NCBI GenBank assembly: GCA_041649175.1
Contig: JBAZNR010000002.1
Coordinates: forward strand, 114,822 to 178,821
Origin: Candidatus Omnitrophota bacterium
GTDB taxonomy: Bacteria > Omnitrophota > Gorgyraeia > Zapsychrales > JBAZNR01
DNA: 64,000 nt
Direction: 5' to 3'
In this document: positions 49,362-58,232 of the stretch, piece by piece
Layout of the letters: every line of letters starts with the position of its first letter
How positions within the stretch are numbered: position 1 is the stretch's first letter
The notes under the pieces: generated by a model
Databases searched by the model: none
What the model saw: the letters and a program-made list of their open reading frames with translations, nothing else
Told to the model about the DNA's origin: nothing
Position numbers and translations under genes: made by a program

Positions 49362-50381
49362 ATGACCGATACATCCTCTCCACTAAAACCGCAAACTAAA
49401 GCAGTCGGGCTTATTTCCGGCGGCCTTGACAGCGTTTTGGCCGCAAAGATCGTTTCCGATCTCGGCGTTGACGTTTACGGGCTGTATTTTTCTATGCCTT
49501 GGGGCTGTTGCGATAAAGATAAAGCAACGCAGGCCGCGCAAGCGCTAGGTATAAAATTCATGATCATGCAACTTAACGAGCGTTATTTAGAAATGATCAA
49601 AAATCCAAAATTCGGCTATGGAACAGCGCTTAATCCTTGCGTTGATTGCCGCATTCATATGTTTTCCCGCGCCAAAGAATATATGCAGGAAATCGGCGCC
49701 GATTTTGTATTTACCGGAGAAGTTTTAGGGCAGCGTCCGATGTCGCAAATGCGCCACAGCATGGCGTCCATTGAAAAACATTCGGGATTAGAAGGAAGGT
49801 TGCTTCGCCCTTTATGCGCGCTTCATCTGGAACCAACCATAGCCGAACAACAAAATCTTATCGACCGCACTAAGCTTCTTGATCTTTCCGGGCGGTCCCG
49901 AAAAGAACAGCTCGATCTTGCTAAGCGATACGATATTCATGATTTTCTTCCTCCGGCGGGCGGATGCTTGCTTACGGATGATAACTTTGCCAAACGCATG
50001 TCGGATACATTAAAATTTGGCTATAGGACTTTTCGCGAAACCATAAGTTTAAAATGGGGAAGGCACTTTAGATTATCTTCTGAGTTTAAGATCATTCTAG
50101 GCCGAGATGAATCTGAAAATAAATCCATCAAGGCGTACGCTCATGAAGACGACCATATTTTAGAGCTAGGAAACAGGCTGGGGCCGACGTCCGTCTTAAA
50201 AGGAAATAATCCTGATCCGGAAACGCTGATGACTGCCGCCGGATTAATGCAGTATTTTTCAAAATACCGAAACGAACCGGCCATTGAAGTGGACTATTGG
50301 CCGGCCAAACAAGCATCGCTTGTTAACCGTATCCAGGCAAAGCTATTGACCGAAGAGCAGGTTATGAGCATGAAAATATAA
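49362..50381 (+). CDS. PP-loop ATP pyrophosphatase, ThiI-like sulfurtransferase family with CxxC motif
   Basis: It has the PP-loop GLISGGLDSVLAA, the ThiI-like TGEVLGQRPMSQ...LLRPL, and the MnmA/ThiI-type NPCVDCRIHMF Cys pair. It lacks an obvious THUMP domain. Confidence 0.5.
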   Translation: MTDTSSPLKPQTKAVGLISGGLDSVLAAKIVSDLGVDVYGLYFSMPWGCCDKDKATQAAQALGIKFMIMQLNERYLEMIKNPKFGYGTALNPCVDCRIHMFSRAKEYMQEIGADFVFTGEVLGQRPMSQMRHSMASIEKHSGLEGRLLRPLCALHLEPTIAEQQNLIDRTKLLDLSGRSRKEQLDLAKRYDIHDFLPPAGGCLLTDDNFAKRMSDTLKFGYRTFRETISLKWGRHFRLSSEFKIILGRDESENKSIKAYAHEDDHILELGNRLGPTSVLKGNNPDPETLMTAAGLMQYFSKYRNEPAIEVDYWPAKQASLVNRIQAKLLTEEQVMSMKI

Positions 50382-50382
50382 T

Positions 50383-51429
50383 ATGGCGACCTTAACAAAG
50401 AAAATGACGGCCCAAGAACTTTACGAACGGTTAAAAAATATCCGTGTGGGAATAACCGTTTGCCAATATTCGCTTAAAAAATGCGAAGAACTTGTTCCTA
50501 TCATCAATGAGATCAATGAGCTCAAAGCACAAAAAAATGCCGTCATTTTGGCTCATTCTTATGTTGCCCCCGAGATCGTTTACGGCGTTGCCGATTTTGT
50601 CGGTGATTCCTATGCGCTGAGCAAAGACGCGATGTCTACAACCGCCTCCACAATTGTTTTTGCCGCTGTGCGGTTTATGGGCGAAACAGCCAAGATCTTA
50701 AATCCCCAAAAAGAAGTTTTAATTCCCGGAAGCCTCGACGGATGCAGCCTTGCCGATTCCATCAAAGCCCAAGACGTAGAAAAATTACGGAAACAATTTC
50801 CCGAACATACCTTTGTCTGCTACATCAATACCAGCGCCGAAGTTAAGGCGCTTTGCGATGTCTGCGTCACCTCGGCCAACGTCAATAAAGTTGTCGAACA
50901 CTTGCCAAATGACAAGATCTACTTTCTTCCGGATAAATTTATGGGACAAAACTTGCGCGAAGAAATGACGCGTCGCGGTGTAAAAAAAGATATTCAATTT
51001 TACAGCGGAACTTGCTATGTTCATGAAGACTACGACGCGGAAATGATCCATAAGATCCGCTTGGAATATCCCGAAGCCAAGATCGTCAGTCATCCGGAAT
51101 GCGCGCCGCAAGTTTGCCGGCATTCGGATTTTGTGGGTAGCACAAGCCAAATGCTGGATTATATGCTGGAAGCCAATGCCAGTGAATTTTTGATGCTGAC
51201 AGAATGCGGATTATCATCGCGATTACAAGTTGAGATGCCGCAAAAAAAGCTTGTCGGATCTTGTACCATGTGCAAATATATGAAGTCCAATGACCTGGAA
51301 AGTATTTTGCGCGTTTTAAAAGATCCCGCCGCAAAAGATAGGGTTATTTTAAACGAAAAAGTTCGCCTGAGCGCGTTAAAAAGTATTCAGGCCATGTTTC
51401 ACTACGCGGAAAAAACACAGAAAGATTAA
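50383..51429 (+). CDS. nadA: quinolinate synthase
   Basis: The 348-aa ORF has the NadA pattern (ILAHSYVAPEIV, VGDSYALS) and the three Cys ligands (CSLADS, TCYVHE, CTMCKYM). Confidence 0.85.
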   Translation: MATLTKKMTAQELYERLKNIRVGITVCQYSLKKCEELVPIINEINELKAQKNAVILAHSYVAPEIVYGVADFVGDSYALSKDAMSTTASTIVFAAVRFMGETAKILNPQKEVLIPGSLDGCSLADSIKAQDVEKLRKQFPEHTFVCYINTSAEVKALCDVCVTSANVNKVVEHLPNDKIYFLPDKFMGQNLREEMTRRGVKKDIQFYSGTCYVHEDYDAEMIHKIRLEYPEAKIVSHPECAPQVCRHSDFVGSTSQMLDYMLEANASEFLMLTECGLSSRLQVEMPQKKLVGSCTMCKYMKSNDLESILRVLKDPAAKDRVILNEKVRLSALKSIQAMFHYAEKTQKD

Positions 51430-51435
51430 TTAACA

Positions 51436-52782
51436 ATGGACGTTCTATTTTTATCCCGCCTTCAATTCGCTGTTACCATCGCTTTCCATTATCTTTATCC
51501 GCCTTTAAGTATCGGCCTTGGCATTATTCTCGTTATCATGGAAGGCCTTTATCTTAAAACAAAAAATCCGCTCTATCATCAAATGACAAAATTCTGGGTT
51601 AAAGTCTTTGGGCTTACATTCGCCCTCGGCGTTGCTACCGGTATTGTTATGGAGTTTGAGTTCGGAACGAATTGGTCAACGTATTCGCGTTATGTGGGCG
51701 ATGTTTTTGGAAGCGCTTTAGCGGCGGAAGGGATTTTCGCGTTCTTTTTAGAATCAGGATTTTTAGCCATTTTGCTTTTTGGTTGGGACAAGGTCAGTCC
51801 GCGCATGCATTTTTTCTCAACCCTAATGGTTTGTTTGGGCGCGCATTTTAGCGCGATTTGGATCGTCGTTGCCAATTCCTGGATGCAAACACCGGCCGGA
51901 TACACGATCGTTAGCGATGGAACGACCGCGCGCGCCGAAATCACAGATTTCTGGGCCATGGTCTTTAACCCATCTTCGATGGACCGGCTTAGCCATGTGG
52001 TGATGGGCTGTTGGCAGGCTGGAGCATTTTTGGTTTTAAGCGTTTCCGCATTCTATCTTTTAAAGAAAAAGCATATTGATTTTGCCAAGGCTTCTTTTAA
52101 AATCGCTTTGGTTGTCGCGGTCTTTGCGTCTTTGGGGCAATTAGTGACGGGGCATTCCAGCGCTATTGGTGTCAGCAAAAATCAACCCGAAAAACTTGCC
52201 GCTTTTGAAGGGCATTTCGAAAGTAAGGCGCCGGCCGCTATGTATATTGCCGGCTATGTTGATGAAAAAAACGAAAAAGTTCATGGGATAGGCATTCCCG
52301 GAATGCTAAGTTATTTTTTATCCGGAAACTTTCAAGCGCCGGTCACAGGGCTTCAAGCATTTAAAAAAGAAGATCGTCCTCCGGTCAACGTCACTTTTCA
52401 GGCATATCACATTATGGTCACCATTGGGATCTTCATGATCTTGTTGAGTTTAACGGGAGCATTTCTTTGGTGGAAAGGAAAGTTATTTGACAACGCGATT
52501 ATCCTTAAGATCTTTGTTCTTTCAGTTTTGGGCCCGCAGATCGCCAATCAAGTAGGATGGATCGCCGCCGAAGTGGGGCGCCAGCCGTGGATCGTTTACC
52601 GGCTTTTGCGAACATCGGAAGGACTTTCCAAGATCGTAACAGCAAATTTAGTGCTTTCATCGCTGATCATGTTCTCGTTCATCTACATACTGTTATTCGC
52701 CTTGTTTATCTTTTTGTTAGACCAAAAGATCAAGCATGGGCCGGAAGAAGCAAAAGAATTGCCCGCGGGGCATCGCGCATAA
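51436..52782 (+). CDS. cydA: cytochrome bd-type quinol oxidase subunit I
   Basis: The 448-aa ORF has the CydA N-terminal helix pattern ([22 protein letters not shown]) and the Q-loop region. It is short-Q-loop type by length. Confidence 0.9.
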   Translation: MDVLFLSRLQFAVTIAFHYLYPPLSIGLGIILVIMEGLYLKTKNPLYHQMTKFWVKVFGLTFALGVATGIVMEFEFGTNWSTYSRYVGDVFGSALAAEGIFAFFLESGFLAILLFGWDKVSPRMHFFSTLMVCLGAHFSAIWIVVANSWMQTPAGYTIVSDGTTARAEITDFWAMVFNPSSMDRLSHVVMGCWQAGAFLVLSVSAFYLLKKKHIDFAKASFKIALVVAVFASLGQLVTGHSSAIGVSKNQPEKLAAFEGHFESKAPAAMYIAGYVDEKNEKVHGIGIPGMLSYFLSGNFQAPVTGLQAFKKEDRPPVNVTFQAYHIMVTIGIFMILLSLTGAFLWWKGKLFDNAIILKIFVLSVLGPQIANQVGWIAAEVGRQPWIVYRLLRTSEGLSKIVTANLVLSSLIMFSFIYILLFALFIFLLDQKIKHGPEEAKELPAGHRA

Positions 52783-52785
52783 TTT

Positions 52786-53808
52786 ATGAACATTGACTTA
52801 AATACAATTTGGTTTATCTTGATCGGTGTTTTATTTGCCGGTTATGCCATGCTGGACGGATTTGATCTGGGCGTTGGCGCGCTTCACCTTCTTGTTAAAA
52901 AAGATGAAGAGCGGCGCCTGATGATCAATTCTATCGGCCCGGTCTGGGACGGGAACGAGGTTTGGCTTGTTACCGGTGGTGGCGCGCTGTTTGCGGCATT
53001 TCCGGATGTTTACGCGACGCTGGCGTCCGGATTTTACTTGGCGGTTATGCTTCTTTTATGCGCGCTTATTTTCCGTGCCGTTGCCATCGAGTTTCGCAGT
53101 AAACAGCCGATGAAATGGTGGCGCCAGATGTGGGATGTCAGTTTTAGCGTTTCGAGTATTTTGGCGAGCTTGCTGATCGGCATTGCTTTAGGAAATCTGA
53201 TATGGGGAATTCCTCTTGGCAGCGATAAAGAATTCGCCGGAACATTTCTAGGATTACTTAATCCCTACGCGCTTTTGGTCGGTGTTACGGTGGTGGCACT
53301 TTTTATGATGCACGGTTCTATTTATGTTGCCATGAAAACAGAAGGGGATATGCATAAAAAGATCCGAGGATGGATCAATAACTGCATTATCTTTTTTATC
53401 ATTTGCTACGCCACCACAACGATGGCAACATTGCTCTATGTTCCTCATATGGCCGAACGTATTAAAGAAACACCCCTTTTATTCATCTTGCCTTTTATGA
53501 ACATGTTAGCCATCGCCAATATTCCGCGCGAAATTTATCACGGAAGAGACTTGCGCGCCTTACTTTCTTCTTGCGCGGCTATGCTCGCTTTAATGACCTT
53601 GACCGGTGTTGGCATTTATCCAAACATTGTTTTATCAAATCCTGACCCGGCGCTTAGCCTTACCGTTTATAACGCGGCTTCATCACAAAAGACTTTATCC
53701 ATCATGCTTACGATCGCCCTTATCGGCATTCCGTTTGTTTTAGCCTACACCGCATCCATTTATTGGGTTTTCCGCGGAAAAGTCAAACTAACCGAAGCAA
53801 GCTACTAA
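52786..53808 (+). CDS. cydB: cytochrome bd-type quinol oxidase subunit II
   Basis: The 340-aa polytopic ORF is immediately downstream of cydA and has the CydB-like N-terminus (WFILIGVLFAGYAMLDGFDLGVG). Confidence 0.8.
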   Translation: MNIDLNTIWFILIGVLFAGYAMLDGFDLGVGALHLLVKKDEERRLMINSIGPVWDGNEVWLVTGGGALFAAFPDVYATLASGFYLAVMLLLCALIFRAVAIEFRSKQPMKWWRQMWDVSFSVSSILASLLIGIALGNLIWGIPLGSDKEFAGTFLGLLNPYALLVGVTVVALFMMHGSIYVAMKTEGDMHKKIRGWINNCIIFFIICYATTTMATLLYVPHMAERIKETPLLFILPFMNMLAIANIPREIYHGRDLRALLSSCAAMLALMTLTGVGIYPNIVLSNPDPALSLTVYNAASSQKTLSIMLTIALIGIPFVLAYTASIYWVFRGKVKLTEASY

Positions 53809-53809
53809 T

Positions 53810-55123
53810 ATGATCACTGAAAAAGATATTTTAAATGCTTTAAAAAGCATTATTGACCCAGATTTTCAAAAAGATATCGTTTCTTTGGGTTTTGTTAAGA
53901 ACATTAAGATCGACGGAAATGATGTTTCTTGCGATATTGAATTAACCACGCCCGCTTGTCCTGTCAAATCCGAATTCCAGCAAAAAGCTCAAGATGCCAT
54001 CAAATCCTTGGGAGCAAAAAAAATTCTGGTTCAGATGACCTCAAGCCCCAAAACCACTACGCAAAGCACGCAAAACTTTAAAACAACGCTTTCCTCCGTC
54101 AACGCCATTATTGCCGTTTCTTCCTGCAAGGGTGGTGTCGGCAAATCAACGGTCGCGGCATGCTTAGCTAAAGAACTTTCTCAGCGCGGATTTAAAGTTG
54201 GGCTTTTAGACGCGGATATTTACGGGCCGTCCATTCCCACATTGTTTAATTTAAAGAAACAAGATGTCCTTACAAACGAAAAGGACGAAATTATTCCCAT
54301 CGAAGTTGATGGGCTTAAGATCATGTCTTTTGGATTTCTTTTAGGAGACTCGCCGGCCGTTTTACGCGGGCCCATTGTTTCCAGTTATATTCAACAGCTT
54401 TTACATAAAACAAATTGGGGAAAGCTTGATTATCTTTTTATTGATTTTCCGCCGGGAACAGGCGATATTCAGCTGACTATTACACAATCAGCTCGGTTGA
54501 CGGGAGCGGTAATTGTCACCACCAAGCAAACACTTTCTCTTGTGGATGTGGCACGCGGGATCTTGATGTTTGAAAAGGTAAGTGTCCCGATGCTTGGCAT
54601 TATTGAAAATATGTCTTATTTTGAATGCGCAAAATGCCAAACAAAACATTATATTTTTGGCGGAAGTGAAGAAGAGGAAATTAATACCCGTTTTGGGTTA
54701 GAAATCTTAGCGAAGCTTCCCATCATGCCGGACTTGACCGGGCAATTTGACCGAACAATAAAGAATTCCGCCATAAGCCACGCGGTTGACCGCGTCGTCA
54801 TGAGCCTGGGCCGCAGTTTTCTTTCGCACAAAGTTATTCCTAAGGCAGAATTTGACAAAGAAAAAACAGTGCTTGTCTGGCCGGATGGAAAAAGCTTAAG
54901 CGTGGGGAATTTTGAATTGCGCTTAAATTGCCAGTGCGCGCTTTGCGTGAATGAATTTTCCGGGAAGAAAACCCTCACCGCAGACCACATTAAAAAAGAC
55001 ATCATGCCTCAGAGCATAATTCCACTTGGAAATTATGCCATTAACGTCATCTGGAATGACGGGCATTCGTCCAGCATTTATCCTTACGCGGATATCGAGA
55101 AACTCGCCTCAGCAAAAGCTTAA
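53810..55123 (+). CDS. apbC: Mrp/ApbC-family Fe-S cluster carrier ATPase with N-terminal DUF59 and C-terminal DUF971 domains
   Basis: It has the deviant Walker A SCKGGVGKST and the CxxC in the cluster-bridging region (ECAKCQ). N-terminal MIP18/DUF59 (LKSIIDPDF...) and a C-terminal DUF971-like segment (LNCQCALCVNEF) are present. Confidence 0.8.
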   Translation: MITEKDILNALKSIIDPDFQKDIVSLGFVKNIKIDGNDVSCDIELTTPACPVKSEFQQKAQDAIKSLGAKKILVQMTSSPKTTTQSTQNFKTTLSSVNAIIAVSSCKGGVGKSTVAACLAKELSQRGFKVGLLDADIYGPSIPTLFNLKKQDVLTNEKDEIIPIEVDGLKIMSFGFLLGDSPAVLRGPIVSSYIQQLLHKTNWGKLDYLFIDFPPGTGDIQLTITQSARLTGAVIVTTKQTLSLVDVARGILMFEKVSVPMLGIIENMSYFECAKCQTKHYIFGGSEEEEINTRFGLEILAKLPIMPDLTGQFDRTIKNSAISHAVDRVVMSLGRSFLSHKVIPKAEFDKEKTVLVWPDGKSLSVGNFELRLNCQCALCVNEFSGKKTLTADHIKKDIMPQSIIPLGNYAINVIWNDGHSSSIYPYADIEKLASAKA

Positions 55124-55129
55124 GTCAAA

Positions 55130-55450
55130 TTACGATTTGCCGATAAGCTTTGCCAACTCGCCGTTTTGATGCAATTCCGAAATAATATCACATCCGCCGA
55201 CAAATTCTCCGTTAATGAAAATTTGAGGGATGGTGGGCCAGTCGGTATAATCTTTGATCCCTTGACGTAAATCCGGATCACTTAAAACATTCTTGGCTTC
55301 CAGCGGCACATTGTAAGAGCGCAAAACCGAAATGACCTGCGCGGAAAATCCGCATTGCGGAGCGTCCGGCGTGCCTTTCATATAAACCATGACTTTATTA
55401 TTTTTTATATCAGTCGCGATCTGCTCGCGAATAGATTCACTAGACTCCAT
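55130..55450 (-). CDS. grxD: monothiol glutaredoxin (Grx4/GrxD family, CGFS)
   Basis: The CGFS active site is in KGTPDAPQCGFS, and the glutathione-binding WPTIPQIFINGEFVGGCD motif is present. Confidence 0.85.
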   Translation of the reverse strand: MESSESIREQIATDIKNNKVMVYMKGTPDAPQCGFSAQVISVLRSYNVPLEAKNVLSDPDLRQGIKDYTDWPTIPQIFINGEFVGGCDIISELHQNGELAKLIGKS

Positions 55451-55760
55451 GTAACCCTCCTTGAAAACTATTTGGATTGTGATTTGACTTTTCCTTTTCC
55501 CACTGCTCTGGCGTCAATGTTTTAAGAGACAGCGCGTGTACTGACTGCGCAAAAGCTTCCTTTAAGGCTTTCATGACCATCTGATGCTGTTTGACCAACA
55601 TCATTCCTTCAAAAACAGGGCTTACGACAATGGCCTGAAAATGTTCTCCGTCGCAATTTGGATCGCTCACATGCGCGATCGATTGCGGCACGGCTTGCTC
55701 AATGATCTTTTTTATTTCGTCTGTTTTAACCATTTTTCCAGTTTTTCTTAAACCATTCAA
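55440..55760 (-). CDS. BolA/IbaG-family protein
   Basis: The 106-aa ORF has HFQAIVVSPVFEG ... HQMVMKAL ... VHALSLKTLTPEQWE, matching the BolA consensus. It overlaps the grxD start by 11 nt. Confidence 0.7.
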   Translation of the reverse strand: MNGLRKTGKMVKTDEIKKIIEQAVPQSIAHVSDPNCDGEHFQAIVVSPVFEGMMLVKQHQMVMKALKEAFAQSVHALSLKTLTPEQWEKEKSNHNPNSFQGGLHGV

Positions 55761-55968
55761 TGATATCGAGAGATTCGTAAAGAGCTTTACCGTCGATCAC
55801 TAGGCAGGGAACTTGAGATTTCCCGCCGATCTTCACAAGCTCATCTTTTGCGTTTGGGTCTTTAAGGGTGTCTTTTATGGAAAGAGTAATATTATTCTGC
55901 TTTAAATAATTTGTCACCCGAGAGCAATAGGGGCATCCTTCGAAATGATAGAGTGTTAAGTTTTTCAC
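55726..55968 (-). CDS. dithiol glutaredoxin (CPYC)
   Basis: The 80-aa ORF has the CPYC active site and the GxxxVPxxxIDG glutathione-binding pattern. Confidence 0.75.
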   Translation of the reverse strand: MKNLTLYHFEGCPYCSRVTNYLKQNNITLSIKDTLKDPNAKDELVKIGGKSQVPCLVIDGKALYESLDIIEWFKKNWKNG

Positions 55969-55975
55969 AGTTTTT

Positions 55976-56914
55976 CTATTTCTTTGTCAATTTTTCCGCA
56001 AACGCGATAACTTTTTCTTCCAGATTTTGATCATAAAGCTGATTCATTTCCTGCAGACATGTCGGCGATGTCACGTTGACCTCAATAAGATATTTTCCGA
56101 TAATATCGATCCCGACAAAATACAAGCCCAGTTCTTTCAAGAAAGGTTTCAGCATTTTAATGATCTGACGGTCGCGCGCGGTCAAAGTTGCCGCTTGCGG
56201 TTTTCCGCCGGCAAAGAAATTATTGCGATGGTCGTCGGACGCATGTACGCGTAAAACCGCGCCCAAGGGCTCGCCGTTTAAAAGCAGAATACGCTTATCT
56301 CCGGATTTCGCGTCCGAAATATATTGCTGAACTATGATATCTTTGGTCCAATTCGCGCTCACTGTTTCAAAAATAACGTGGGCATTTTTGTCGGTAGATT
56401 CGATATAAAAAACTGATGAGCCGCCGTATCCGTTTACGGGTTTTACAATAACTTTCTTTTCTTTCAGAAAGAAATTTAGGATGTCTTGTTTATTGCGTCC
56501 TAAATAGGTTCGGGGAATAATATTCGCAAACTGAGTTGCCCAGATCTTTTCATTGACGGCTCGCACACCGGCTGAGCGGTTAATGACCGCGATACTTTTA
56601 GGAAGCCGGTCTAAAAGCCAGGTATTCATCAGGTATTTTTCATTAAACGGTGGATCGGTACGGATAAAAACCGCATCAACCTGCTTTTGCGAAAGCTCGG
56701 CTGTCTCTTTACGCACAAACGGCAGGAAAGTGCCCCTCTGAGGAACAACGCGTAAAACCCGAAAATAAACCAAATTATTCTTTAAAGAAATTCCTCCATC
56801 GGGCAAATAATAAACCGCATGGCCGCGTTTATGCGCCGCGAGCATAAGCATAAACGTTGTGTCTTTTTTGACATTGATCGTTTCAAGCGGGTCCATCAGA
56901 AAAAGAAAATTCAT
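55976..56914 (-). CDS. gshB: glutathione synthetase (ATP-grasp)
   Basis: The 312-aa ORF has an N-terminal prokaryotic GshB substrate-binding region (LFLMDPLETINVKKDTTFMLMLAAHKRGH) followed by an ATP-grasp half. Confidence 0.85.
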   Translation of the reverse strand: MNFLFLMDPLETINVKKDTTFMLMLAAHKRGHAVYYLPDGGISLKNNLVYFRVLRVVPQRGTFLPFVRKETAELSQKQVDAVFIRTDPPFNEKYLMNTWLLDRLPKSIAVINRSAGVRAVNEKIWATQFANIIPRTYLGRNKQDILNFFLKEKKVIVKPVNGYGGSSVFYIESTDKNAHVIFETVSANWTKDIIVQQYISDAKSGDKRILLLNGEPLGAVLRVHASDDHRNNFFAGGKPQAATLTARDRQIIKMLKPFLKELGLYFVGIDIIGKYLIEVNVTSPTCLQEMNQLYDQNLEEKVIAFAEKLTKK

Positions 56915-58185
56915 TTTATGCTTGCCTCCAGTTGAATAATTTCTTTTTGCGCGGCAATACCGGCCACTCGCGCGAGGATTTGATATAAGCTAAAGATATT
57001 ATCATCGTAATTTGTTCCGCAGGATTTAAAATGCTCATGGTCGGGGCAAAGCGGCCTAAACTCCATTCCGGGAGAGTTTAGATTTTCATAAACCGTTTTT
57101 TCGCCGTGTAAGCGATAAAATGCTCCAATAAAACGATTGTCTACTTGGTAAAGGCAGGGCTCGCTTACTTTCCCATCGATCTTACAAGTTGTCGGAACTC
57201 CTTCTTGTAAAAGATAGCGGGCGATAACCTGAGAACCTTTTCCCTTGTAAAGTTTGTTACGATTGCGGCGGTTTAAAGCCGCAATGTCGGCTGGGTCACG
57301 AATAGGCAAAACGCCCATACCATATGTTCCGGAATCCGCTTTAATAAAAATGAACGGGGTTTCTTTGATGTTATGTTGTTTGTATTTTTCTCTGATTTTT
57401 TCAAAAATATTTTCAGTGGCATCAGTTAATTTGCGGCGGTCGTCGTCCAAATTAATATTGACGCTATCGACGGTCGTGTTTAAGCAGGAAATAAGCCAAG
57501 GGTCAATGTCAATTACGCTTGCAAGCTCGGTGAGTAGTTCGTTGGCATAGCGAAAATGATCGGACTTAAGGCGAGAATGCCACCCGGCTTGCATGGGCGG
57601 ATAAATAGGCGCGTCCGCGTATTTCAATAGTTCGGGAATTCCTTCGGTCAGGTCATTATTCATGATGATCAGATCAAAATGGATCTTTCCGGCTTTCATA
57701 TCTTTAAGGATTTTCTGAAAACAAAAAATGGTAAGCGGCTGGCCGGTGGCTGTTGTCAGCTCAATATAAGTCGCATCTTCGCAGAAAACCGGTTGAATAT
57801 AAAGAAAAGTGGTCGTTCGCGCCGTGAATCCGGCTTGTTCAATGAGCGATTGCAGAGTGCGGATATTTTCAAGATACCAGGTGTTACGCGTATGTTCTTC
57901 CGCCACGATAAGGATATTTTTGCAGTGCGGAACACGTTTTAAAATAGCGCTTTTAAGCGCCGCGACCGATACAGACGTTCCGTGTTCGCAGAGATTATTA
58001 AATCCGGCAGGAAAAAGATTTGTGTCAACAATGGCGGTCTTAAATCCGGCGTCACGAATGTCAACCGATGAGTACAAGGGAAGTTCGCCCAGCTCTTTTT
58101 CTTTTAAAGAAAGCCAGTTGTTAATCTCTTTATTTTTTGCTATGATTTGTTCGGTAAACTTTTGCATATGTTCCTTGAGGCTCAA
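56911..58185 (-). CDS. putative glutamate--cysteine ligase (GshA-like, non-E. coli type)
   Basis: The 424-aa ORF is translationally coupled to gshB (ATGA overlap). I assign it mainly from operon context and size. The N-terminus is not E. coli GshA-like. Confidence 0.45.
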   Translation of the reverse strand: MSLKEHMQKFTEQIIAKNKEINNWLSLKEKELGELPLYSSVDIRDAGFKTAIVDTNLFPAGFNNLCEHGTSVSVAALKSAILKRVPHCKNILIVAEEHTRNTWYLENIRTLQSLIEQAGFTARTTTFLYIQPVFCEDATYIELTTATGQPLTIFCFQKILKDMKAGKIHFDLIIMNNDLTEGIPELLKYADAPIYPPMQAGWHSRLKSDHFRYANELLTELASVIDIDPWLISCLNTTVDSVNINLDDDRRKLTDATENIFEKIREKYKQHNIKETPFIFIKADSGTYGMGVLPIRDPADIAALNRRNRNKLYKGKGSQVIARYLLQEGVPTTCKIDGKVSEPCLYQVDNRFIGAFYRLHGEKTVYENLNSPGMEFRPLCPDHEHFKSCGTNYDDNIFSLYQILARVAGIAAQKEIIQLEASIK

Positions 58186-58232
58186 AGTAAGTCTAATTCC
58201 TACTGAAATAACGAACGTTATCTTACAACAAA

